NCBI GenBank assembly: GCA_965637545.1
Contig: OZ281498.1
Coordinates: 10,726,001-10,790,000, forward strand
Length of the DNA stretch: 64,000 bases
Source: Phallusia mammillata
Taxonomy: Eukaryota
Reading direction: 5' to 3'
Part shown: piece after piece, positions 48,147-60,309 of the stretch
Layout of the letters: every line of letters begins with the position of its first letter
Numbering within the stretch: the first letter of the stretch is position 1
Notes under the pieces: model-generated
What the model saw: only the letters and a program-made list of their open reading frames with translations
Database searches by the model: none
Told to the model about the DNA's origin: nothing
Translations under genes and position numbers: made by a program

Positions 48147-51100
48147 ACAACCACCTACTTCCAAACGTCGTGGGGCCACGTCTCTTAGACAATTCGTCTC
48201 TTAGACAAACCCGATGCAACATACAATTGGATTTATGACAAATAATTCAGCTTACTCTAGTATTAACGTGTGTTTCACTAGCTTACAGAACAAATATAGG
48301 CGGTCTGCAGTGTAGCGTTTCATATAATCTTTCCGTATGTAACCGAGCGTGCAAAAATCGTGTAATCAAAGTCAATTTATGTTTATGTAACTGTTATAGA
48401 ATAAGAACAAATTGAACAATTGAATAAGTCAAGTTAAAGGTATTCAGATTAAAGCAGGAATAATTTTGAATTTATCAAACAAGAAGCAAACCAAATGGTG
48501 CAAAAACAAATCAAGTAAACAGTACCTGGTCAGTGACCTTGATGGAACCTGGTGTTTTTTGCACGTACTTACATACTTGCGCAACACGTTCGTGGTTTTA
48601 AGAGCTCCTGCCACGCCATATAACCCACATTATGTAACGAATTAATGTTTGAAGTGCAAAAATGCATATCCGAAAATAGCTTTTGACAACTGTGCTATCG
48701 TCAAACATGTTTTTGTGAGGTTTTTTTTTACCGAGCTTCGCACGCAATCAGCAAAAAAAAGTTCGCACTTACTCCTGCGAGTAAATGTCATTCTCTTTAA
48801 AATATTTTTTACCTCTAAGAGTTTTGCAAGTTTTAAAGGGGTTTCATCGTCAGGTTGAACAGTTGTATACTTTTCGAGCAAGATGTGGAACTTCAAATTC
48901 GTTTTGCTGTGTCTTCTATTTGCTTCAATTGCTGTTGTAACTTGCCATTTCATGGACTCCGTGGCAAACAAGTAAGGCTTTAATACCTTCATTAAAATTT
49001 GTTTTTGAAAAAAAGGTGATCATTAAATTGGTTTGGTCATCAGACTTTTATAATTCGGTGATAAGATAAAATTAGCTTTTGACGAAAGCACCTGAAAGCA
49101 TAACTATTAATATAAAGCTCACGGTGACCGGCTGATTCGGTATAAGGCCTTTAATAAGCCTACCGTATTAAGATTTCTATATGGGTGCGCTCTGATTGTT
49201 GGTCTGCATAAACGCTTCAGAGCTGATTCCAGTTATGAATTTGTGTACATCTTAATCATTATTACATACCTTTTACGTTGTGAACACAAAAATGTGTTTA
49301 TTTCAATAGGTGGCGCGCGGTAGACCTGCAGCACTAAATGATGACCTAACTGTGCAAGAAAAGTTCGACTTTTACCAAGAAGAAAATAAAGCCTAGAAGT
49401 AGCAACAAGATTTTGCAAACTCGTAATAGTAATGTTACAAAATGTCTTTCCAAAATAAAACATGATACAGGTCTTGTACATACAGTGGTGTGGTGAAGAG
49501 GATTTTTGAGCAACAATAAATTGTAGATCTTTTGGTTAAAGATTTAAGATAAGGCAAGATTAATATGATCAAACTGAAATACAGCATAACAAAGTGCATG
49601 ACAAAGCGGAATTAAAACGATTTTTTTATAAAGCTAAATAACCGTCTGGTGCAGAAACGCTGCCGATTGTATAACTTTTACGATCAGCTTGTTGTAATTG
49701 CAAAACTTTAGATCAGGGGTCAGCAACCTTATCATGTTTGTGACACACCAAACGATTTGCAAAATTATGTTCCTCTTGGTACAAAATGCACGGTTCTAAA
49801 TATTTTTAGGGCAAAAGCCCCGTTATGAGAAATAAAATCAACAGAAGGGATGCAACTTGGTGCCGTACAGCAATAAAACAATGAGTAACGCAAACTTAAA
49901 GATAAAGCAATTATGCGAATACATTTACCTATATTTGATGCAATTCAAGAAAATGCGTTGCTGGTTTCCAGCAGTTATATGATGCAAGTCCAAGTATGGA
50001 GTAGTCGTGGGACCACGTTTCGTTGACAATCCGTTACCGCGATGCAAATTTCAGTTGCATTTATGACGTTAGTGGACCGTAAATCGTCCAGCGTGCAAAA
50101 ATCGTTTAATCAACGTCAATTTCTGTTTAAGTAACAGTTATAATAAAGCACACATTAACAATTGAATGAGTTAAGTTAAATTTATTCAAAATAAAGCAGG
50201 AATTATTTTGAACTTGATAACAATAAGGACCAAACCAAATAGTACAAAAACAAAGCAAGTAAGCAGGTGTAATCGACGACGTGACCTTAAAGCACCCGTT
50301 GCTTTTTGCTCGTAATTACATACTTGCTTAACACGTTCACAGTTGTAAGAGCTCTGGTTACGCCACATAACTCACATTACCGAATCCTAAATATCGAAAC
50401 GCACCGTTCTACCGTACCGTACCTTCAGATACACCAATCTGGATCAGGTCGGATAGATTTTATGACATGCACTTAAAGGAGAGGTGTCCAAACAAGCTGC
50501 CCCACTACAAAACCAGCTTTCGAAATAAAGGTTGATGTGCTTTCTATGATGGGTTCGGTCAGAGACAGTGTGTGTTATATATTCAACTGCATGTTTTTTA
50601 AAGTCAAATCATTACTGCGAAAGAGACTACAACACTAGCTAGCTTTTTTTTAACTAACTTGAGAATCAATTCCACATGTCAAATTAATTTCTGATTTTGT
50701 CATGTGGGCGTTTTAATTAGGCCTACAGCGTGTTTAACCCTCATTTTGCATAGCGGTCAGTCCGTAAGCACAAAATATTAAGCAGTGACCTCATAAACAT
50801 TTTTGAATCCTCTTTTGGAACAGGGACATTGTGATGAAATCAGTTCATAAACCTATCAAATCCAAGTTTTTGATATTTTTTATATTATCTGCAAATGTTA
50901 GCGATCCAAAAATGACCGTTTAGATAATTTTTATCACGGTCGTACGGTACGCTTTTGGTACGGTGGTACGCACTGGTGAAGCACCGTACCACATACCGTA
51001 CCCATACCTCAGCTTTCTTGGCGTACCGCACCACAGTACCGTGCTGAATTTTTCTACGTACCCTACAGCCATCCTTTTCCAGTAACCAGCTACTTAGCTA

Positions 51101-51494
51101 GGTAATTTTATTTAAAAACATGTACGAATAAAAAGTCCGGCCCGATTCAAGCCCTCAAAATAGTGTTTGTGACTTGGTTCAAGTGTTTGCGTTTCTCAAT
51201 GCGAGCACTTTTATAGTCTATCCAGTTTTCTTATACAGCTGCATAAAATTGAAGCCGCACAAGTTAACACAATTATATTGCGTTAGTGTATTATTTTTAA
51301 TGAAATGTACATAAACCGAAAACACTTAGGACGTTTCTGAAAATCAGATGTTGATCTTTAAAGAAGTAATTACTTCTTCCCATTATAGGTTCTGAAAAAA
51401 TAAAGATTTTATTTACTTGTGGCGATGGTAAGTTTAAACCGATATAACATATGTTTCACAACATTGATTTGGATCACTGAAAAAATACAGACAA

Positions 51495-52863
51495 CTAATA
51501 TTTCCCACGAATGCGGTAAACTTGATTTGCCCATGATCCTCCTTCACCGTCATGTCCACAGTTGGTGCTAGCTCCATATTTGTTGTAAGTCAGATCGGCG
51601 TCAGGTGCTCCAGCGCACCAACCACCGTGTTGCAGTGCAAAGACTTCATATCCTCGCGCATGCGCAGCTTGAATACATTTGGCGATGGCGTCGCGGCGTG
51701 AGCCGTAACTTCCGTCCAGGACTGGGTCGAGTCCCTCAAGTGTCGTAATGGCACGATTTGATGTGTCTCTCCAACACCCGAGATTGTCAAGAACAACTGA
51801 AAACAAAAATATGTTGTTCGTTTATTCAATTTCATGAAAACTTTTCTTATTATGACATAATAGGTTGAACGATTTTTTGTCGTTGAAATATTTTTGTGTT
51901 TTCACCCATAGCTTCTCACCTTCGGAAATAGAGGCGATTTCGTAAACCTGATTGGCCCAACTACCACCTTCACCGTCAGACCCACATCCGCTGCTTCCCC
52001 CATATTTACGGTAAGTATCACGGGCTGTGGATGAACTGGCGCACCAACCTCCGTGCTAAAAGAAAGAAATAGCAAAAATTATCGGAAAATAATTCTATTT
52101 AACATATAAACTGATAACATATATTTGAAATCCATGATATTTAGGTTTCAGTTTTATGTCTAGTGTTGTTGATGATGACACATTTGTTTTTCAACAACTG
52201 TCGCGTTATTAGGAAAATTCTTGTAGCAATCCTTAATTTTGCTTGACAGTTTAACGAATAAAAATGTTTTGATATAAAAGGATGAAGCCAACAAATGATA
52301 GGTAAGCTGACGACAGTGTACACCGTGTCGACCTAAAGGGTTTCATCAGTGCAGCTGGTGACAAGAGATAAGCCGTATTGGCTTGTGTTGCCATCTAACG
52401 GTACAGCAGTTTGTTTTGAGTATCATATTTTCATCAAAAATCGAGTTTTTGCGTTACCTGAAGAGCAAATACGTCATCGCCATGGTTGTGAGCGACTCTG
52501 GCGCATTTTGCAATCGCGTTGGATCTTGAACCGTAGCTGCCATCAAGAATAGCATCTCCTTCTCTCGTAGGAATTGCTCTGGTCCCGGTGTCTCCCCAAC
52601 ATCCGAGATTGTTGTAAGTAACTATATCAAAAAATGGCATATTTATGAATCCAATACTTTAAATTAGTCAACAGCTTGTTGATTGTAAAGATATGTTTAC
52701 TCGCATTGTGAGTTGAATATGCATCAACCTATTTTAACAATTTGTACGTATATAACTACTTTGCACTTTTGGTTGTTACACCATTTAATTTACCTGGGTA
52801 ATAAATCACTGCGCTTGCAGCCCCAATGAAAATATACGCGATTGTCAAACTGAAAATCTTCAT
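51495..52863 (-). CDS. W3: secreted two-WSC-like-domain protein, open frame, variant C-terminus RIRGKY*
   Basis: Four coding exons equivalent to W1 with intact splice sites; shares the 26-bp 3' deletion with W2 but not the frameshift. Confidence 0.83.
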
Positions 52864-55140
52864 CGTAACTGAAACAAAATAAAGATATATGAATAAACCG
52901 ATTTTTAAATAACAAAATCATATTTAACACCGTTGAAATCGTATGCTGTTGCATTTCGGTCTAAGTGCTGACATTAAATATTACTTTGTTGAAATGCAGT
53001 AATAATTAGATTTATTGTAGAAAATTGTTACCTTTTGTAGACAGTCGACTTGTGACGGTTTCTCAAAGTAAAGTTGTTGTTGATGAGTCGATGAAACTGA
53101 TGATTTTGCTCAACAAACCTCCACTCTTTTATATCAGTAACTTGGTAATTTCCGTCGGTTCTCCAGGCACCTTTTCTTGCTTGTAATGCAGTGGTTTTTG
53201 ACTCACTCGCCTGGTCGAGTTGTTTACGCTCAGATATGTTTTCCTCCGGCAATTCCCTGTTGTTTTTCGATGCAAAGTGAAAATTGTAAGTACTTCGAAA
53301 ATCTTGACGAAAACCGGTCCTGGATAAACACAGTCGAAATCACCCTGGTGGTGTTTTTGCCAGTTTCGAAAAAACAAAAAGACGAGTTTCGGAAATCTCT
53401 GCCTTTGCTCGAAACCAAGCTGTAGTTTTCCACCTTGTCAAGCTAATTGCATGTGCGACAAAATCTTTATCATATCTTTATATTGCTGTTTCAACATGTA
53501 GCAGCTAATAAATCAATTTGCAATGGAAAACTATTGTAATGTAAAGGTATGCTGTTCTGCTTAAAGTACAATGTTACATAATCAACGAAACTTTGCAAAA
53601 CGCACTTGATAAATATCATTTAAATATTTGACTGTGATGCAAAGTTTCCTAAAGACGCCAAAAATATTATGTCTATTTGTAAGCCCTGCTTTGTAAATAT
53701 GTGGTAATGGGTTTGAAAGCACAAGACAGGAACATATAGGGTAATTTTTTTAAATGTGCTATTCTGTAAATGTGTGACAACGGGTTCGAAAGCACAACAC
53801 AGGCATTTATCAACGTACTTGCTATTTAGCGTGCAGACAAAGTCTTGTTAATACTCGAATCTTTTTACAACACTATATTGTTATATTAACTGAATTAACT
53901 CGAAGATGACAATATGAAATCGTTTAAACAAAAAAACAACTTTGTACATTGGTACAGCTGACAAACGATTGTCAGAATGGCAATAAACACAGCCCATTGT
54001 GGCAATGGTAATATACCACAACGTAACAACTCAACGCAATTTTCCCAACTTGTAGTTCAACGGTCAAGCGGCTTTAAAGGTCAAAGTATTGACGTCGCTC
54101 AAATCGAAAGTTTCGCATTGAAGTTTCGCCTAGTTTGTGCGTCGTGACTCTCTCCATACCTGGGAATGTTGAAATGAGGTTTTACCAATGGGGTTTCGTG
54201 TGCTTAATTTGCTGAAAAATTCAAATTCCATCCAAAACAAATGATTTTAATTTAAGACATGTGGGGGAATATGTAAACAAAAACGTGATGATGCCCCTTG
54301 ATATGCCGTCATTGTGACGTTAGTCAGCTGTTTTCGCTTACGCAAACGTGCGGAAAAGTACCACACCGGCACTTTACTTCATTTCCGAGTTTTGCAAGGT
54401 GACAAGCGGTGCGAGTTTTTCTATGGTTGTTTTTACCTCGCCTCTATCATAACCGAGCATTTTCGACAAACTTGGAAGTTGGGCCACGAAGTCCCCGTAA
54501 AGGCATTAGTCTGCTGTATGAATGTACAAAGCTGTTTTTTGTTGAAACCATTTTATACATCCATTGTCATCTGAGAGTTATTTCAATTAAGATAACAATA
54601 TAGTGTCGTAAAAAGATTCGATTATTAACAAGACTTTGTCTGCACCTTTAATAGCAAATTCGTCGATAAAAAATTGCCCTATATGTTCATGTCTTGTGCT
54701 TTTAAACCCATTATCACATATTTACAAAGCAGGACTTACAAATAGACATAATATTTGTGAAACTTTGCATCACAGTCAAATATTTAAACGCTATTTATCA
54801 AGCGCTATGTTGTTTAATAGATCATGTAACGTTGTACTTTTAGCCGAACAGCACGCCTTTACACTACAATATTTTTTTCCATTGCAAATTGATTTATTCT
54901 CTGCTACAAAAAAAGCAACATAGACATATGGTGGAAATTTTTGTGGCACATGCAATTGGCTGGGTAGACTGGAAAATTACAGCTTGGTTTGGAGCAAAGG
55001 TAGAAATTTTCCGTAACTTGTTTTTTCGAAACTATGTAAAACACCACCAGGGTGATTTTGACTGTGTTTTTCCAGGACCGGTTTTCGTCGAAATTTTCGC
55101 ACAAGCATTTACTTCTTTGACTTTGCATCGAAAAACGACT

Positions 55141-55305
55141 GGGAATTGCCGGAGGAAAAACATCTCAGGACTTCAATAGCCCGACTAGGCCGGTGAGCCA
55201 AAAACCACTGCATTACAAGCAAGAAAAGTGGCCTGGAGCATCGACGGAAATTACCGAGTTACTGGTATAAAAGAGTAGAGGTTTGTTGAGGAAAATCATC
55301 AGTTT
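55141..55305 (+). promoter_or_regulatory. Core promoter of W4
   Basis: GGGAATTGCC at 55141-55150, TATAAAA at 55266-55272, TCATCAGTT Inr-like ~30 nt downstream; non-coding exon ends AAAAG/GTAAC near 55368. Confidence 0.55.
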
Positions 55306-55537
55306 CATCGACTCATCAACAACAACTTTCCCTTAAGAAATCGTCAGAAGTCGCGTGTCTACAAAAGGTAACATTTTTCTACAATAAATCTAATTATTAC
55401 TTCAAATAACAAAGTTATTTTCATATTAACACTAAGACCGAAATGCAAAAGCATACGACTTCGACGGTGTTAAATATGATTTGGTTATTTAAAAACAAGA
55501 TTGTTTATTCATATATCTTTGTTTTGTTTCAGTTACG

Positions 55538-57050
55538 ATGAAGATTTTCATTTTGACCATCGCGTGTGTTTTCATTGGGGTTGCAAGCGCAGTGACGTAT
55601 TACCCAGGTAAGAAAAAATGGCGGGACACATAACAGTGCAAACTTGTTATAATCGGAAACGCAAAATTGTGTAACTAGGCTAATGAATATCCAACTTATG
55701 ATGCCAATGCGACTTTCGAGTTAATAAAGCTTTACTTTAAAAAGTGGATGACTAATTTTTAGTCGTGTATTCATAATTTTGCCATAAACAAATCTTCGTC
55801 GCATAGTTACTTACAACAATATCGGATGTTGGAGAGACCAAGCGATAAGAGCACTTACGTCAAGAGAAGGGGATCCTATTCTTGATGGCAGCTTCCAATC
55901 AAGATCCAACGCGATTGCAAAATGCGCCAGAGTCGCTCACAACCACGGTGATGACGTATTTTCTGTACAGGTAATGGTTCGTTGACCTGTGTATTGTCAT
56001 AAATGTCCGCTACGAATTTAAGATAAATTGGTCCATGAGATATTCTTTATTGACGCTTTAGTGTAGGAACCGTGCATTCAAGATCACAAAAAGTACAAAC
56101 AACCACCAGCAAACACAATGTATTCAAATGGTAGTTTGTTTAGGTTAATATATCCCTTGTTGTTTGCAAAACGAGTTATATCTGCTTGTAAGTTAAAGTT
56201 AGCTAAGGCTCACAATTCTTATACATATGTATACAAACAGTAATGTTGAAATCGACCCCTTTTGAAGTAAAATCGTCCCCCAATTTCCAAAAGTGTCACC
56301 ATCGCCCTCTCGGTAGTCGTAATCGCCCTGTTGAAGAACCCTGCTTTTGTTACTTCATTCATAAAATAAGAAACCAAACTAATCGTCTAAAAATGGCATA
56401 AAATTGCTATCTGCTTCTTACTCAAATAGAACCGCTATAAATAGTCTATTTGTTTTTCAGGCAGGTGGTTGGTGTGCCAGTTCACCCACATCCCGTGGTT
56501 TTTACCGTAAATATGGTGTGAGCAGCGCATGTGCAGCTGACGGTGAAGGTGGTGATTTGGCCAATCAGGTTTACGAAATCGCCTCAATTTCTGAAGGTGA
56601 TTGTTCGGTCAAGTTATGTAATTACTTTTCGAAGCGAAAATTGTTTGTGTAAAATATTTTTCATTCAGGAAACTAATTTTACCCATAATACAGTTTGATC
56701 AAATAAAACAAAATAAACAACTTATTACATTTTAATCGTCAGTTTCGCTTGTTAATCTCGGCTGTTGGAAAGACACACCATATCGTGCCATTCCAACACT
56801 TGAGGGACTTGACCCGGTCCTGGACGGAAATTTTGGCTCACGTCAGGACGCGATCGCCAAATGTGTGCAAGCTGCTTATGCGCGAGGCTATAAGGTCATT
56901 GCATTACAAGCCAGTGGTTGGTGCGCTGGAGCACGTGACGCCCGTCTGACTTAAAAAAAATATGGACCTAGCACCATCTGTGGACTTGACGGTGAAGGAG
57001 GAACGTGGGCCAATCAAGTTTACCGCATTCGTGTCTTGAAAACCACGTAA
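55538..57050 (+). pseudogene. W4: WSC-like paralog with premature TAA at 56952-56954
   Basis: Exons start at 55538, ~55805, 56461 and ~56742. ACT TAA AAA AAA TAT versus ACA TAC AAA AAA TAT in W5 removes the last ~31 aa, including the fourth Cys of domain 2. Confidence 0.8.
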
Positions 57051-59911
57051 ATACAACATCTCGAAAATATGATGAGTTTATAAAGTTTCATAAAGTTTGC
57101 AACCCAAACTGAAGTTGCCCTTTGTGAAAGCAATACTCCCGTTGTCCTATCTTAGTTGCTTCGTGCACTTTGTACCTCAACCATATAACAACATCAATCA
57201 ATAAATAGATTTTATATAACACGCATCTATTCTTAACTTGGGCATTGCAAAAAGCTGTGGACGAGCATGTACCAAATTACAAGATTTAAATTAGGCCATA
57301 GACAACTTTCAAGGAAAAATATGTTTTGGTGATATGAACTTGTCAAGAGAGTCAGTTAATTCGATTTAAACACAAGTCCACAAAAACATTTCATAATTAC
57401 ACCGTTTTTTTTAAAGAAAACAATACTTTACGCTGTTAGGGAAAACAGCTCTTTGGCAGTTAAACCAACCAACAAACAAAACTCACGTTAAGAACTTGGT
57501 GTTATTTTGGGGAAAATGGGGCTTACTTATCGAACATTTTAAACTTGATTGGTAAACAAACAACCGATAAGGTACGAAACTGTCATTTACTAAATATCGA
57601 AAAGTGATAAAAGATTAAAATTTTTGCATTGTGGGTTCTTAAACTTGTCACGTGTTAACGCTTGAATTCTGCCGAAATCATTTATAAAAACAAAGATTTG
57701 CAACGAAAAAAAATTGTCAGCAAAGACACTAGGTTGAAAGAACAGAAATTGAAAAGCTAAATAGCCGATCAAACAATCATGCGAAATGTGTAAAATGGCG
57801 CCATATTATTGCTGTACTGTGATTTGTGCACCAGAACACGTGATGCCTCTCTTTATGACGAGACCTATATCCTTTAAAACCTTAGTTGTGGCGTGATCGT
57901 AAAATTTAAAGTTGTTCAAGTAAAACCATATTATTTTCGCCTCTGGTCAGTTTATCTACAAGATCCTACACTTCATACATCTCAAAACATTTTTAATACG
58001 TAACAATAATAATAAGATCAAAAGTCAGCATAAGAAATAACCCGCAGAGGAAACACAATTATTTTACAACCGTGTAAACTGATAAGAATTGTTAATTGCA
58101 ACATGTTGCAAAATATGTCCAATATTATAACTGTTGGAAACTGACATTTGCTTACTCGTTTTTGTAAAAAATTCATATTTACACTTGAGAATGAGCAAAA
58201 CATGCTGACTCACTAATGATAACAGTGCATGGTGTTGTTGAAGCGTTTGAGAAACTCTGTGGCTTCATTTTGTTTTATTTTAACCGCATTTGTTTGCAGT
58301 CGGCTGTTACATGATAAACAAAACTTATCAAAACCCACATGATAAATAGCGTTTAAATATTTGACTGTGATGCGAAGTTTTCTAAAGACGCCAAAATACT
58401 ATGTCTATTTGTATATCCTGTTCTGTATATATGTGGTAATGGTTTTAAAGCACAATACCCAAACACATAATGTAGAGAATAGTTTTATTTCATCAACGTA
58501 TTTGTTATTTAAGGTGCAGACAAGTCATGTTAATACTCGTATCGTTTTACAACACTATATTGTTATCTTAATTAAAATAACTCGAAGATGACAATATTTG
58601 TATGAAATCGTTTCAACAAAAGACAACGTTGTACATCCGCACAGCAGTAGTGACAAATTTAGAATGTCAAGGACAGATCATTGTGGCAATGGCAAAACAC
58701 CACAACGTAACATCTCAACGCACTGTCATTTCCCCCAGTTGAAGTCAACTTGTAGTTCAACGGTCAAGAGGCGCTTCAACGGTCAAGTAAATTGGAAGGT
58801 CAAAGTATTTACGTCGTTCAAATCGAAAGTTTCGCATCGAAGTTTCGCCTAGTTTGTGCATCGAGGACTTTCTCCATACTTGGGTATGTTAAAATGAGGG
58901 TTTACTGATAGGGTTTTGTGTGCTTAATTTTCTGAAAAGTTCAAATTACATCCAAAACAAATATTTGTAAATCAATATATGTGCGTAAACATGTAAACAA
59001 AAACGTGATAATGCCCCTTTATAAGCTGCTATTGTGACGTTAGTCAGCTGTTTTCGCTTACGCAATCACGCAAACGCGCGGGAAAGCACCACACACCGAA
59101 AGTACTACTTCACTTTATTTCTGAGTTTTGCAAGGTGACAAACGGTGCGAGCTTTTGCATGGTTGTTTTCACCTTGCCTCTATCATAACTGACCACTTTC
59201 GAGAAACTTGGGAAGTTGGGCCACGAAGTCCTCGAAATGGCATGACACCATTCTGCTGTACAAATGTACAAAGTTGTGTTTTGTTGAAACGATTTCATAC
59301 AGCCATTGTCATCTTCGAGTTATTTAAATTAAGATAACAATATAGTGTTGTAAAAAGATTCGAGTATTAACAAGACTTTGTCTGTACCTTAAATAGCAAA
59401 TTCGTCGATAAAAAATTACCCTATATGTTTCTGTCTTGTGCTTTGAACCCCTTTACCACATATTTTCAAAGCAGGACTTACAAATAGACATAATATTTTT
59501 GGCGTCTTTAGGAAACTGTGCATCACAGTCAAATATTTAAATGCTATTCATCAAGTGTTTGCAAAGTTTCGTTTACCATGTAACATTGTACTTTAAGCAG
59601 AACAGCATACCTTTACACTAGAATATTTTTTGCATTAAAAATTGATTTTTCGTTGCAACATGATAAAACAGCAATACAGGTATAAGATGGAAATTTTTTT
59701 GGCACATGCAATTGGCTGGGCAGACTGGAAAATTACCGCTTGGTTTCGAGGAAAGGTGGAAATTTTCCATCTTCTACGGAGCTCTTCTTCCGTTTTTCGA
59801 AACTGTCCAAAACACCACCAGAGTGATTTCGACTGTGTTTATCCAGGACCGGTTTTCGTCACGATTTTCGCACCAGTACTTACTTTATTGACTTTGCATC
59901 GAAAAACGACT

Positions 59912-60075
59912 GGGAATTGCCGGAGGAAAAACATCTCCGGACGTAAACAACCCGACTAGGCGAGTGAGACAAAAACCACTGCATTACAAGCAAGAAAAGT
60001 AGCCTGGAGCACCGACGGAAATTACCGAGTTACTGGTATAAAAGAGTGGAGGTTTGTTGAGGAATATCACCAGTT
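59912..60075 (+). promoter_or_regulatory. Core promoter of W5
   Basis: GGGAATTGCC at 59912-59921, TATAAAA at 60037-60043, downstream CAGTT Inr-like motif; same spacing as W4. Confidence 0.55.
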
Positions 60076-60309
60076 TCATCGACTCATCAACAACAACCTT
60101 CCTTTAAGAAATCGTCAGAAGTCGACTGTCTACGCAAGGTAACACTTTTCTACAATAAATCTAATTATTATTTCATTTCAACAAAGGTAATTTTATTGTT
60201 AGCACTGAGACCTTAATTCAACAGCATACGACTTCGACGCTGTTAAATATGATTTTGTTATTTGAAAGTCAAAGTTGTTTATTATTATTTTTGTTTTGTT
60301 TCAGTTACG

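Larger units (their letters stand above)
43900..53815. repeat. Duplicated segment S3 (third copy), containing the Mag-type insertion and W3 and lacking the solo LTR
   Basis: Starts with the same exon-3 fragment (43900-43951); near-identical to S2 over the intergenic part; continues through the empty CAGG and CAACG sites. Confidence 0.9.
51495..57050. repeat. Inverted (head-to-head) duplication: arms ~51495-53914 and ~54562-57050 around a ~650-bp spacer
   Basis: 53821-53914 is the reverse complement (with mismatches) of 54562-54655; homology continues outward through both promoters and genes W3 (-) and W4 (+). Confidence 0.85.

Noticed and set aside
54889-55179. Recurrent upstream ORF (..KHHQGDFDCVYPGPVF..HRKTTGNCRRK) before each W gene
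   Set aside because: It overlaps the promoter upstream of the TATA box, its 5' part is out of frame between W1-W3 and W4-W5, and its starts and stops differ. Recurrence is explained by duplication.
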